Source: Planctomycetota bacterium (lineage in GTDB: Bacteria > Planctomycetota > GCA-002687715 > CAIWVZ01). Taken from it: DNA of 64,000 nt. The position numbers and the translations under genes were made by a program. The stretch covers positions 1 through 64,000 of the forward strand of contig JBGANV010000007.1 of the NCBI GenBank assembly GCA_044222185.1, written 5' to 3'. The first letter of the stretch is position 1. The number at the start of each line of letters is the position of its first letter. Below, piece by piece: positions 17,501 to 27,500 of the stretch. The notes below the pieces were generated by a model that was not told where the DNA came from, searched no databases, and saw nothing but the letters and a program-made list of their open reading frames with translations.

Positions 17501-19265
17501 GGTTTCGGGCGCGTGCAACGACGACGGCCCGACGGGCTGCCTGCCCGGCTCCCAGGTGACCCTCACGGTGACCGGCGGAACGACCTACCTCATCCGCGTC
17601 GCGTCGAACGACACGACGAACGCAGGTGGCGCGTTCACGCTGCGGTGGACGGTGACGGCGGGTCTCGTGACCCTGTACCAGGACCTCGATGGAGACGGCT
17701 TCGGCAACCTGGCGGCGCCGCTCCTGAATGCGTGCCCGACGACGCCTGGCTACGTCGCCAACTCGCTCGACTGTGACGACATGAACCAGGCAGTCAATCC
17801 CACCGCCACGGAAGTGTGCGACGGGATCGACAACAACTGCAACGGCTTGACCGACGATGCGGATCCGGGAGTCACGGGCCAGCCGACCTGGTACCAGGAC
17901 TCGGATCTCGACGGCTTCGGCAACTCCGCCGTGTTCGTCGTCGCCTGCACGGCGCCGAGCGGTTACGTCGCGAACGCGTTGGACTGCAACGACGGTTGCT
18001 CCTCCTGTTACCCGGGCGCGCCTGAGGTCTGTGACGGCCTCGACAACAACTGCAATGGTCAGACGGACGAAGGCGTGCTCACGACCTGGTATCAGGACGG
18101 TGACGCCGACGGATACGGGAACCCTGCGGTCTTCGTCACGGCTTGCACGCAGCCTTCGGGCTATGTGGCGAATTCGCTGGACTGCAACGACGGCGATTTT
18201 GCGATCAATCCGGGGGCAACCGAGGTCTGCGACGGCTTCGACAACGATTGCGATGGTCTGACTGACGACGCCGACCCGTCGGTGATCGGTCAGTCGACCT
18301 GGTACGCGGACACGGACAACGACGGGTTCGGGAATCCGAGCGCGTCGGTGCTCGCCTGCGTGCAGCCAGTCGGCTACGTCGCTGACAACACGGACTGCAA
18401 CGACACGTGTGCGGCGTGCCACCCCGGCGCGGTGGAGATCTGCGACGGCCTCGACAACGACTGCAACGGTCAGACGGACGAGATCTGCCCGTCGAACGAT
18501 TTCTGCGCGAACGCCACGCCGATCGGTGATGGCACGTTCAGCGGAGATTGCTCGAACGCGGCGACGCAAGTCGGCATGCCGGCCCTGTGCTTCACGGCGG
18601 CCAACGACCTGTGGTACTCGTACGCGAATCCGGGCAGCTGCCCGAAGACGGTGACCGTTTCGCTGTGCCCGACGGACGGCGGATCGGCATCGTTCAACGC
18701 CGGCCTCGCGGCGTTCAGCGGTGCGTGTGGTGGCCTGACGACCGAAGCCTGCAACGACGACACCTGCGGCACGAATCCCAAGGTGACCTTCACGGTCCCC
18801 GGCGGATCGACGCGGTTGATCATGGTCGCGGCGTCGGGCGGGCCTGGCGGCGCGTTCACGATGGTCGTGAGCCATACGTCGGCATCGACGACGGCGGTCG
18901 GCTCGAGCTGCCCGCTCGCGGCGATGTCGTTGTCGACGACGATTCCGGTGATCGGTCAGCCGGCGTCCATCAACCTGACGGGTGGGCCGTCAGGTGCGAT
19001 CGGCCTGTTGCTGTTCAGCGCGAACGCCGCCGCCGTACCGGCGGCCGTCCCGCCGAGCGGCTGCCTCCTTTACACCGACCCGATGGGATTGGGGATCTTC
19101 ACGGTCTTCAGCACCGACGCGTTGGGGAACTGGAGCATCGGTGGGCCGGTCCCGAACGATCCGGGTCTCGAGTGCGTGACTGCCACGTTCCAGGCGCTGG
19201 TCTCGGCGCCGGTCGCCGGCGGCTTCGCCTTCTCGAACGGCGTTTCGATCGTGTTCGGGTACTGA
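14508..19265 (+). CDS. Large secreted multidomain protein: lamin-tail domain, choice-of-anchor-X-like segment, five NDxC PPC-like modules, four MopE-like Cys/Asp repeats, shared C-terminal domain
   Basis: CAGGAG SD before ATG 14508. LKISQ..G....DYIELYN...WSIQY (LTD); LVDDGTGADEYALDGIFT; repeats NDAC/NDDC/NDFC with DVWY; DCND..PGA.EVCDG.DNNCNG.TD x4; ends FSNGVSIVFGY. Confidence 0.88.
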   Translation: MPSSADRRVRNPRIAGFMILVVALAASFAPAQLKISQFSGAGANGSAQYLSDYIELYNPTAAPVVMTNWSIQYAAATGTTWSKVTLNATIQPNRYFLIQQASGTTGSAPALPTPDVSSTTINLSVLGGKIALCNDNTTLTGGQPTAASIVDFVGYGQGTTLADWREPFVGGTTANNAPGGGNVNATFRLNCGAQDTNNNAADFAVGWPNPRNSATPPAIGMMGTATASPFYAIAGTPVVIRCTPQLCGGGTSATTVAFVDLTNIGGAAGTPLVDDGTGADEYALDGIFTAAATVGAVAAGTKSLPITFNDGINSGGCYAAVLVNAATAPANDACTGATVLSGPFTGPGVTVSGTFTGATPEWNGIGSITNPPGPSAGMANSPGIWYSVNGTGTTLTASLCATTPAIDTRMVIMCGPCDAPVIVASGDDNGPSCTGTAASARWCAAAGTTYRIFISPFSTTFPSTAAYSLLVTDDGVPCSTAAPCTTCTFVPPASFIAEQESVFGPATNDGGDSQPLLQQTIPGAFPVTIVGTARGYGTARDSDWYRFQASATQTFQATLSAPFAGVVSVHPLDALGNPTATSLASGVFSPVSGRCGSTVVSTVVSAGSWYAIRVLHAPNFLSGTITASVFGGLPPHPSQCRYQIDVATGLPPTNDACASAIALATTNTYVTGITSGATPDGTSSCDSVGNDVWYSVVVPAPNVGLAIDTCGSSMDTVVSVYSGTCGALVPVNCNDDCGGAPCAATSSCLTLTGLAPGTYIIRVSDKGTPGLFQIRASLTIPVNDACSGALPMNCGDTIAGTTIGATTDTLTACPGPGSPTGVTIAATGGVWYTITPATSQTLILSTLGTSFDTKIHVYTGSCAALTCVMANDDAFPSGLQSRVAFPAIGGTQYFVMVQPFSGTGGVFTLAASCQTPPVNDDCAAPSILAPVTGGSVSGTTVGSSAANVADPSCSAKADSDVWYSYTACANGTVVFDTCGTYNTVVSIHTACPGASNNQVSGACNDDGPTGCLPGSQVTLTVTGGTTYLIRVASNDTTNAGGAFTLRWTVTAGLVTLYQDLDGDGFGNLAAPLLNACPTTPGYVANSLDCDDMNQAVNPTATEVCDGIDNNCNGLTDDADPGVTGQPTWYQDSDLDGFGNSAVFVVACTAPSGYVANALDCNDGCSSCYPGAPEVCDGLDNNCNGQTDEGVLTTWYQDGDADGYGNPAVFVTACTQPSGYVANSLDCNDGDFAINPGATEVCDGFDNDCDGLTDDADPSVIGQSTWYADTDNDGFGNPSASVLACVQPVGYVADNTDCNDTCAACHPGAVEICDGLDNDCNGQTDEICPSNDFCANATPIGDGTFSGDCSNAATQVGMPALCFTAANDLWYSYANPGSCPKTVTVSLCPTDGGSASFNAGLAAFSGACGGLTTEACNDDTCGTNPKVTFTVPGGSTRLIMVAASGGPGGAFTMVVSHTSASTTAVGSSCPLAAMSLSTTIPVIGQPASINLTGGPSGAIGLLLFSANAAAVPAAVPPSGCLLYTDPMGLGIFTVFSTDALGNWSIGGPVPNDPGLECVTATFQALVSAPVAGGFAFSNGVSIVFGY

Positions 19266-19314
19266 GCTGATCGTGTCGCGGGCGCTCGCGTGACTGCGGG
19301 CGTCCGCGACGATC

Positions 19315-22143
19315 TCATTCGTCGAGTAGCGCGCGGAGCAGCCCCGCCTGATAGGTCTGGGGGGAGTTGTTCTCGGACATCAGCTCCAGCGCGCGGCGCG
19401 CCGAGCGGCGCGCGCCTTCGACGTCCTTCAACCGCTTGCGAATGATCGCCGATGCCGTGTGCGCGGCGATTTCCTCCGCAGCGTCCAGCGTCACCTCGCC
19501 GCGAGACGCGTCCACGACGATGCGGTCGAGGGACGCGACCACGCCAGGCCCGCCGGTTTCGAGTGGCACCGTCTCGCGAGCCTCCGCGCTTTCGTCGATC
19601 ACGAGCGCGTCGTCCCATTGTTCGGGCGGAAGGTCCGCGAAGATCACGCGAGCGGCGAGCACGTTCGCGATGTGGATGTCGATCTTCGGATTGGTCGGGT
19701 CGGCGTGTCGCGCGGCCTGCGCGGCATTCCACGCGTCGGCACGTCGACCGAGCAGCCGGAGCGCGCGCGCCTCGATCAACCGACAGTCGGCTTCGAGCGG
19801 GCGATCTCCGCAGGCCCGTGCGGTGCGTGCGAGCGCTTGGGCCCGCGCGGCGATCTCGGTGAACGTCGATGCCGCGGCGCCGGACTCCCGCATCGGCATG
19901 AGCTCGCCCGCGCCCGGCGCGGCCGCGAAGTCCGCCTGCAGTTGCATGCCGTCGATGCGGCGTCGCTGTGCGGGAAGGCGAGCGCACTCGCGGGCTCGAT
20001 CGAACTCGCGTCGCGCGTCGGCCGTCCGGCCCTCCGCGCACGCGAGTGCCCCGGAGAGCATTCGCAGCCAGGGTGCGTCGGGCCACGTCGCCAGGTCCTT
20101 CGCGAGACGCGTGCGGAGCTCGTCGGCGCTACGCGTCCGGCGCATGAGTTCGAGCCGCTGCTGTTCCAGGGCGAACCAGGGCCCGGCCAGCGAGGTCTTC
20201 CGGAACGCTTCATCGGCCTTGTCGAGACAGATCGCCGCGTTCGCGAGATTGCCCATGAGCATCTCGCAGTGAGCCACACGCTGCCAGGCGACGTGCCGAT
20301 GTCGAGCATGCTCGGTGAGGCCTTGCGCCCAGGCCCGGGCCACGCCGATTGCACCGGCCGCCTCCGCCATGACGCTCGATGCGTACCGCGCGCGGTAGTC
20401 CTCGGGGCGGATCAGGAGCGCGGCGTCGATCTCGGCACGCTGGTGCTCCAGCGGGAGACCCGCCAAGCGCATGGCGCACGCCGCGAGCACGTGGTCCGTG
20501 GCCGGATCTTCGGCGTCGACCCCTTCTGCCGGGCGTGATGTGGCCGACGCGGCGAGCCCCGGGCGTGGCCCCCTGGAGGCCGGTCCGATGTCGTCGACGA
20601 TCGGGGCGATCACGCTCCGCGTTCGCGGGAACCGACCCGTGCTGGCCAACCGGTCGAGCATCGGACGCGCCGTCGAGGCGTCGAACGTGGCGACGGCCGC
20701 CACCAGGCGCCCGAGAAGCGCAGGTGGGGACTCGGCGAAACGCGCGTCCGCCATGGCGAGCTCGGCGCCGAGCTCTTTCAGTTCGTCCGCGTTGATGGCG
20801 TCCGCCGATCCCTGCACGACGTCGAGCATCGCGTCGAAAGCCTCGCGCGCCCGCGCCGCGCGCTCGAGCTCCGTGATGGCCGGCGACGCAGGATCGAGAG
20901 CCCGCAGGCTCTCGATGTCGCGCCGGCCTTGCACGTAATCGCCGCCGTCGATCGTGGCGGCCGCGAGCGCCGTGGCCGACGAGACCATGGCTCCATGTCG
21001 CCTGTTGGCGCTCCAGGAAAGCGCCCCGAGTGTCGTGATGGCGATCAACGACGCGGCGGCGATCGTCGACGTCAGTGCGTGGCGGCGAACCTTGCGCCAC
21101 GCTCTTGCGGCCAGTCCAAGCGGGCGGGAGTGGATGGGACTTCCGGCCAGATATCGATCGAGGTCGTCGGCCAGGTCCAGGGCCGTCGCGAACCGTCGCT
21201 CGGGGTCCTTGTCGAGGGCGCGCGCGATGATCGTCTCGAGGTCGCGGTCCGATGGAGCCAGGCCGAGCCGGGGCGGCTCCTCCACGAGGATCCTGCGAAT
21301 CAAGGTGTCGACCGAGTCCTCGTCGAATGGCGGAGATCCGGTCAGGGCGTCGTGGAGCGTGGCGCCGATCGAATAGACGTCCGTTCGCGGGTCGAGCACC
21401 GCCGAGCGCTTGCGGAGACGCTCGGGCGCCATGTAGGCGAGCGTGCCCGCTGCCGATCCTTCACCCGTGATCGTGACGTCGCCGGCCGCGCGCGCGAGAC
21501 CGAAGTCCGCGAGGTAGGGATGATCTCCGTCGAGAATCACGTTCGCGGGTTTGATGTCGCGGTGGAGGACGCCGATGTCGTGCGCGGCCGCGGCCGCCTG
21601 AGCGACCGCGACGCCGATCCGTGCGGCTTCCCGGGGCGCGAGCGGTGTCTCCAACTCGGCGAGGCTCGGGCCCGACAAGAGCTTCATCGCGATGAACATC
21701 GCGCCGACGTCCTCGCCGATCGCGTAGATCGGGACGATGTGCGGGTGGTCGAGCGCCGCCGTGATCTCGGCCTCCCGCCGGAATCGCAGCCGATCCGAGG
21801 TCGTGAGCGGATCACCGCCGCGCAGGACCTTCAGCGCGACGTGGCGCCCGAGGGATTCCTGCCGGGCGATGAAGACGCGCCCCATGCCGCCGGACCCGAT
21901 GACCCGGAGCAACGTGAAGTCCCCGAGGCGCGACGTCAGGAGCTTCTCGTCGGGAACGATCTCGGGAGCCGTGATTCGCGCGAGTGAGCCCGTGACCTCC
22001 GCCTCGCGGCGGACGAGCCGGGAGAACCGCGTGAGGAGATGCGCGGCCCCCGCGCAGTGCTCCTCGATCTGCGGATTCTCGCCCGCTTCGTGGCGGGCAT
22101 ACCAGGACGCGAGCAGGTCTTGGAGCGTCTCGTCGTCTGACAT
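19315..22143 (-). CDS. Hanks-type Ser/Thr protein kinase with TM and TPR-like C-terminus
   Basis: IGSGGMGRVF, VALK, HRDIKPAN, DFGLA, GTLAYMAPE, DVYSIG. Confidence 0.93.
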   Translation of the reverse strand: MSDDETLQDLLASWYARHEAGENPQIEEHCAGAAHLLTRFSRLVRREAEVTGSLARITAPEIVPDEKLLTSRLGDFTLLRVIGSGGMGRVFIARQESLGRHVALKVLRGGDPLTTSDRLRFRREAEITAALDHPHIVPIYAIGEDVGAMFIAMKLLSGPSLAELETPLAPREAARIGVAVAQAAAAAHDIGVLHRDIKPANVILDGDHPYLADFGLARAAGDVTITGEGSAAGTLAYMAPERLRKRSAVLDPRTDVYSIGATLHDALTGSPPFDEDSVDTLIRRILVEEPPRLGLAPSDRDLETIIARALDKDPERRFATALDLADDLDRYLAGSPIHSRPLGLAARAWRKVRRHALTSTIAAASLIAITTLGALSWSANRRHGAMVSSATALAAATIDGGDYVQGRRDIESLRALDPASPAITELERAARAREAFDAMLDVVQGSADAINADELKELGAELAMADARFAESPPALLGRLVAAVATFDASTARPMLDRLASTGRFPRTRSVIAPIVDDIGPASRGPRPGLAASATSRPAEGVDAEDPATDHVLAACAMRLAGLPLEHQRAEIDAALLIRPEDYRARYASSVMAEAAGAIGVARAWAQGLTEHARHRHVAWQRVAHCEMLMGNLANAAICLDKADEAFRKTSLAGPWFALEQQRLELMRRTRSADELRTRLAKDLATWPDAPWLRMLSGALACAEGRTADARREFDRARECARLPAQRRRIDGMQLQADFAAAPGAGELMPMRESGAAASTFTEIAARAQALARTARACGDRPLEADCRLIEARALRLLGRRADAWNAAQAARHADPTNPKIDIHIANVLAARVIFADLPPEQWDDALVIDESAEARETVPLETGGPGVVASLDRIVVDASRGEVTLDAAEEIAAHTASAIIRKRLKDVEGARRSARRALELMSENNSPQTYQAGLLRALLDE

Positions 22144-22160
22144 TCAGGCCGGCTTCTCGC

Positions 22161-23474
22161 TCACGGGAAGACGAGCTGCACCGGTTCTTGCATCGCCGTG
22201 AAGAGCGCGAACGGGATCGGGTAGCCCGGGATGGCGACCGCGCACTCGGACCACGGCGCGATCATGTAGGGGGAGGTGCCCGGCCCGACCGCGGAGTGAC
22301 CGAGCGCCACGATTCCGGTCACCGCCGTGCTCGGTACCACGACATCGACGTGACTGTCCATGACCCCCACCACGGTCCCATCGACCCAGGTGCCGGAGGC
22401 CGTCACGAACGACGCCGTGTCGACGTTGAATGCACCCCCGTCGACGCGGAAGCGCATCAGCTGGCCCGGAACGCCCCCAATGCTGTAGGTCGGCAGCCAC
22501 CACTGCTCGGGCGGCGTGGGCAGTCGGACCATGAGACCATCGTCGGTGGAGGTCGCCGGAGGCCGAACGGTCACCGTCACAGGCTCGGTGATCCGCACCT
22601 TCGGCTTGTTCGCCGCCACGTCGACGATGCCACTGGCCTGCGCCGGGTCGCCCGAGATCGCTGCGGCGTCGGACCAGATCGTCACGGCCTGGACGTCCAG
22701 GCGGAGGCCCAGCGCCACAGCCGATTCGTACCACTGCGTCACTTCATCCGAGTCGTAGGTCACGCTGGCGCCGAACCGTTCGTTGTACTGGCTCGCCAGC
22801 GCGACCTTCGCGAGGCTCGCCGTGACGACGGCGTTCGTGATGGGAGTCACGGGCATCTTCGTCGATGCCCAAAGTTCGCCGATGTTGTAGGGTGCGGCCG
22901 TCGCGATGTCCCACGTGGGGTAGCTCGTCGCCCACGCGCAGGTGGCCGGGCTTCCGATCGCAGTGAGCTGCGCGACCTTGCGCACGAGGTTTGGATCACC
23001 ACCAGTTCCGCCCGATGAGTACCCGGTCGCCAGCATCAACATGGACTTGACGTACGTCGGACGGACGCGGATCGGCCCGCCATTCCCCGAGGTGATCGCG
23101 GCGATCGACGTCTTCGACGTCGAGTCCATGAGCAATTCGGCGATGGCGGTCACTGCGGTCCCGTTGAGGTTCAGTCGGCCGAGCCATGGGTTCGCCTGAA
23201 CGAACGTCGCGGCGTTGTAGATCTGACGCTGCGTGGCGCCGACCCCGGCGTCCACGTACACGTGCGGCAGAAGCATGACCCATGCCTGCTCCGTCGCCGT
23301 CGTCGTCGTCCGGAAGAAGACGTTCTCCGACAGACTCGGGTCCGTGATCGACGAGACATAGGAAGGCGAAGAGCCCGCCGTCGCGACGCGGAACGTCGTC
23401 GTCTGCGAGTCGGCGGTCGTGGAAACGAACACGGTGGCAAGAATGCCGAGGACTGTGCGGGTGATCAGGCGCAT
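22161..23474 (-). CDS. Secreted hypothetical protein with IPT/TIG-like C-terminal segment
   Basis: Signal peptide MRLITRTVLGILATVFVSTTADS-Q. Segment VDVVVPSTAVTGIV resembles IPT. Ends 17 bp upstream of the kinase start. Confidence 0.7.
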   Translation of the reverse strand: MRLITRTVLGILATVFVSTTADSQTTTFRVATAGSSPSYVSSITDPSLSENVFFRTTTTATEQAWVMLLPHVYVDAGVGATQRQIYNAATFVQANPWLGRLNLNGTAVTAIAELLMDSTSKTSIAAITSGNGGPIRVRPTYVKSMLMLATGYSSGGTGGDPNLVRKVAQLTAIGSPATCAWATSYPTWDIATAAPYNIGELWASTKMPVTPITNAVVTASLAKVALASQYNERFGASVTYDSDEVTQWYESAVALGLRLDVQAVTIWSDAAAISGDPAQASGIVDVAANKPKVRITEPVTVTVRPPATSTDDGLMVRLPTPPEQWWLPTYSIGGVPGQLMRFRVDGGAFNVDTASFVTASGTWVDGTVVGVMDSHVDVVVPSTAVTGIVALGHSAVGPGTSPYMIAPWSECAVAIPGYPIPFALFTAMQEPVQLVFP

Positions 23475-23710
23475 GGGTGGTCTGCTGCGTTGGCGAAAGG
23501 CAAGGGCGGGGTCGATCGTCCCCGTGGGACGCGCGCTCGAACCCCGTGTCGTTCGCAAGAGGCCCAATCATGGGGTGATGTCACGCTTCGTGGCAAGCCG
23601 ATCCTGCGAATCAGCGCGAGGTTGGGGTTGACGGCGCCCCGTCGCTTCGCCGTAATACGCCCTGCCGGCCGCGGCGGCCGCTGGCGCTGATCTTTGCCCG
23701 GAGGTGACTT

Positions 23711-24343
23711 ATGCCCAGAGCGGAACCCGAACGCGGGTTCGCTGCCGATCTTGCGGCCGCGCGCACCGGCGACCGTGTAGCCCTCGAACGGATCCTCAAG
23801 ACCGTCGAAACAGCCCTCGAGCGCGTGGCCGCCCGACGCCTCGGCGTCCGGCTGAAGGCGAGGACGCGGGTTTCGGACGTCGTCCAGAGCGTCCTCCTCG
23901 AGATCATCCAGAGCCTGGACAGTTTCGACGGCCCCGATTCGAGCGCCTTCGAGGCCTGGTCGGTGACCGTCCTCGAGAACCACATCCGCCGCCAGGACCG
24001 GTTCTTTCGGGCCAAGAAGCGCGCCGCGCCCTCCCGGACGAGCCAGAAGCAGGTGATGGAGAAGGCCCGCGCCCGCCCCGTCGCGACCCCGAGCGCGGAG
24101 GTCGCCCGGGCGGAGGACATGGCGCTCGTCACCGAGGCCGTGAAGCTCCTGTCCGAGGACCACCGGGCCGTCATCCGTCACTCGGTGATCGAGGGCCGTT
24201 CTCATCGAGACGTCGCCACGATCATCGGCCGGAGCGAACAGGCGACCCGCATGCTCTTGTGCCGGGCGCGGGCGGCCCTGAGCCTCGCCATCGAGGAGGT
24301 CGAGTCCGGACGCAAGAGCCGGGGTCGAGGGGCGGCGCGCTGA
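23711..24343 (+). CDS. ECF sigma factor (kinase-associated type)
   Basis: GGAGGT SD. ARTGDRVAL, RLGVRLKARTRVSDVVQS, FEAW, LSEDHRAVI..IEGRSHRDVA..IGRSEQATRMLLCRAR. Confidence 0.9.
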   Translation: MPRAEPERGFAADLAAARTGDRVALERILKTVETALERVAARRLGVRLKARTRVSDVVQSVLLEIIQSLDSFDGPDSSAFEAWSVTVLENHIRRQDRFFRAKKRAAPSRTSQKQVMEKARARPVATPSAEVARAEDMALVTEAVKLLSEDHRAVIRHSVIEGRSHRDVATIIGRSEQATRMLLCRARAALSLAIEEVESGRKSRGRGAAR

Positions 24344-24508
24344 CCGACCCCGCGCGACGCTCAATCGAAGTCCGCAAGCCGCCTTCGTAGAGTGCACGGA
24401 CCTTCGCGACTCAGGGGAGGCGCGTGGTCGCAAGGCCGACGAAATCCGGTGGAAACTCCGATTTCGCGGCTCCGTTTCGTTCGTTGGGAATGCGGGAAAG
24501 GACGGCGG

Positions 24509-27500
24509 ATGCGAGCGACGGACACCACGGCCCTGGTGGTGGGCTGCGGCGCGGCGGGAGTCACGGCCGCGATCGGTCTTGCGCGGCGTGGAGTTTCGGT
24601 CGTCGTCGTCGAAGGTGCGCCCTATCCGGGAGCCGAGAACTGGTCCGGGGCGGTCTACTTCTGCGAGAACCTCGTACGACCGGAGATCCTCGGGCCCCGC
24701 CTTTTGGACCAGACGGCCATCGAACGTCGAGTCGTCAAGCGCGGCCTCCTGGCCACCGACGGACGGGTTGCCGTCGGCGCGGCCATTCACTCGCGGGCGA
24801 CGTTCGAGCACTGTTACACCGTCCTGCGACCCGTGTTCGACCACGATCTCGCGCAGCGGGCGCGGCAGCTCGGGGCCGAGATCCTCTCCAACACGACGGC
24901 CCTGGCGCTCATCCGTGACCAGGACCGAGTGCTCGGCGTCCTCACCGATCGCGGCCCCATCTACGCCGACGTCGTGTTTCTGGCCGAAGGAGACGCCAGC
25001 CACCTCGTCGCGCGCGAAGGTCTCGAGTCGAAGCCGGCGTCCGAGCGCGGCCTTGCCGAGCCCGAGTTCCTCCAGGGAATCAAGGAAGTCCTCGCTCTGC
25101 CGCCGCAAGTCATCGAGAAGCGATTCGGCGTCGGCGCGGGCGACGGCGCCTGCTACGAGATCCTGCTCCGGAACGGATCCTTCGGCGGGCGTCCCGTGCC
25201 CCTGAATGCGGGCGCGTTCCTCTACACGAATCGTGAGAGCCTGAGCCTCGGCCTGGTGGCGCCGCTCGAGAACCTGAAGCAGTTCGAGGGCGAGCACAAC
25301 CGGCTCATGGAGTGGTTGAAGCAGCTTCCGGCGCTCCGGCCCCTGCTCGAAGGTGCCGTCCAGCAGTCGTTCGGCACGAAGCTCATCCGCGGCGGTGGAT
25401 ATCGGGAGATGCCCCGCGTCGTTCTCGACGGGCTCGTGGTCGGCGGAGCCGCCGCCGGGCTCGGCGTGGATTTTCCCTGCCCGAACTACACGGGACCCGC
25501 CACGTTCTGCGGCTGGCAATTCTCCGAGGCCGTCAGCCGGATCGTCACCGAGAAGCGCTCATTCGACGCAGCCACGCTCACCGAGCTGTATCAGAAGCCG
25601 GTCGAGGCGAGCCACTACTTCGCGGATGTCCGCCACCTCCAGGACTGGCCGCACTTCGTCACGAGCACCCGCGAGTTCTTCGGCCGTCAGGTCGACCTCG
25701 TAGCCGCATCCGCCCACATCCTCACGGATCCCGAGGCCGGTCGCATCGGGCGGCACTTCCTCTTCCCGCGCAACCTCGTCGAGACGTTGCCGTGGGGCAA
25801 GGTCGGAGCGTTCCAGGCAGACGTGCGGCGAGCGGGCGATGCACTGGGCATCTCGCGTGGTGCCGTCGGCGCGGCACTCGCGTCGCTACCGCGGTGGATC
25901 CTGAACGTCGTCCTCCAATTCCTGCCCTCGCGGTCTCACTCCGGGGCCGCGTTCGAACCCATCTTCGTCGCAGATCCGGCGACGAAACGCCTCGCACCGC
26001 CCCTCAGTGTGCGGTTCATGCGCTGGCGTTTTGCCGGTGCCATGGCGGATGCGCTCCACCATCTCTATCGCAACGACCCCGTCCCGGTGTCCGAGAAGCT
26101 CGTCGCCGCCCGCGGGGCGATCCTGCGCCGCGTGTCGTTGCTCGACGTCGTCGTGCTTCCCCTCGTGCTGCTGTTCAACTACCTCGTGGGTTGGGTCCAC
26201 CAGCTCGGGTTCAAGCTCTGGGTCGGGCTGACCAAGCCGTCCCTCGCGCGCATCCTCGCCACTCCGTTCTTCAAGGTTCGGGAGTCGGCGCGGGCACTCG
26301 GTGACTACGGACGCACGCGCGAACTCGTCGCCCACGACGACAAGCTCGCGATGATCACGTATCGCAGCGACGAGCGGAGTCACATCGCGTTTCACGTCGG
26401 ATACGACAAGGTCGGTCTGCCCGACGTCGCGTCCAGCGTCTTCCACGTCTGTCCGGCACACGTCTACCGGCGCGAGCAGGACCAGTCTCTCGCCAGCTCG
26501 GTGACGGTCCTCCACGAGAACTGCATCAAGTGCGAGACGTGCTGGCGGGCGGATCCCGTGCGTGTGGACTGGGGTCGTACGCGGGGCCAGCGGCTCGTCT
26601 TCGAGGCGTATTCGTCGGCGGACTCCTGGCTCGGCGAATCGCTGGAGGCCGCGGCCGTCAGCGACATCGAACGAGGGGACCAGCCGCAGGGGACGCCGTC
26701 GCCAAATCGTGCGAACGAGCCCATCGTCCCGGTCACCATCGACGACGCGCGCCGCGAGCGCGTGGTCGCGAGGCTCGGGCGGCTGCGGGCGGCCGTGGCC
26801 ACGTTCCGTCCGCTCCACGAACGGCTGCCCGCCGTCATGCTCGGCGCGGATCAGGAACTCCTCGACGGGATCCTGGGGGAGATCTTCGGAGCTCTCCAGG
26901 AAGTCGAGGACGACCTGCGGCCGCTTCCAGACGAAGGCCTGAAGCTCCGGCTCGATGCGATCACCGCGTGGCGTCATCTGGCGGCCACCCGGCGCAAGAC
27001 GCGGAGGTTCTTCCAGGTCGAGGCCGATCTGGAGCTCCTGCGCATCCACCACCTGCCGGATCTGGAGGCTCGACTCGGGATCGAAGCGCCGGCTGCGCCG
27101 AAGAACCCACCAGATTGGGGCCACGTCCGTGCGTCGCTGCGCGCGGAACTCGAGCGGCGCCTGGACAAGCACGTCATCACGGCGACCGAGAAGGGCCGCG
27201 CTCCGACGACGGAGGCTCTCGACGTGCTCCGCTGGGGAATCGGCGGCCTCATCGCCGCGGGCGCGAGCCAATTGCCGCCGCTGCCGGGTACGACCGCGCG
27301 TGACATCTTCGTCGAGGAACTCGCGCGCGTATCGCCGTCGCTCGCGATCACGGCCGTCCAGCACCTTCTCGCCGTCGACTGCCTCACACGATTCGTCGTC
27401 GACTCCGACGCGGAGGATCTGGCCGAGATCCAGGACGCCGTGACGCGTGTGAAGGCGCTGGCAACCGTCGTGATCGGCGATTTCGATCTGGACGCGGATG

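Noticed and set aside
15801-18875. Very long antisense ORFs (1024 aa here; also 30182-32755, 34806-36938, 54252-56786, 23465-25519)
   Set aside because: They are Arg-rich shadows of well-supported genes on the opposite strand, expected at this GC content, with no recognisable motifs.
24509-26600. FixCX domains as evidence of nitrogen fixation
   Set aside because: There are no nif genes in the window, and fusion to acyl-CoA dehydrogenases points to acyl-CoA oxidation.
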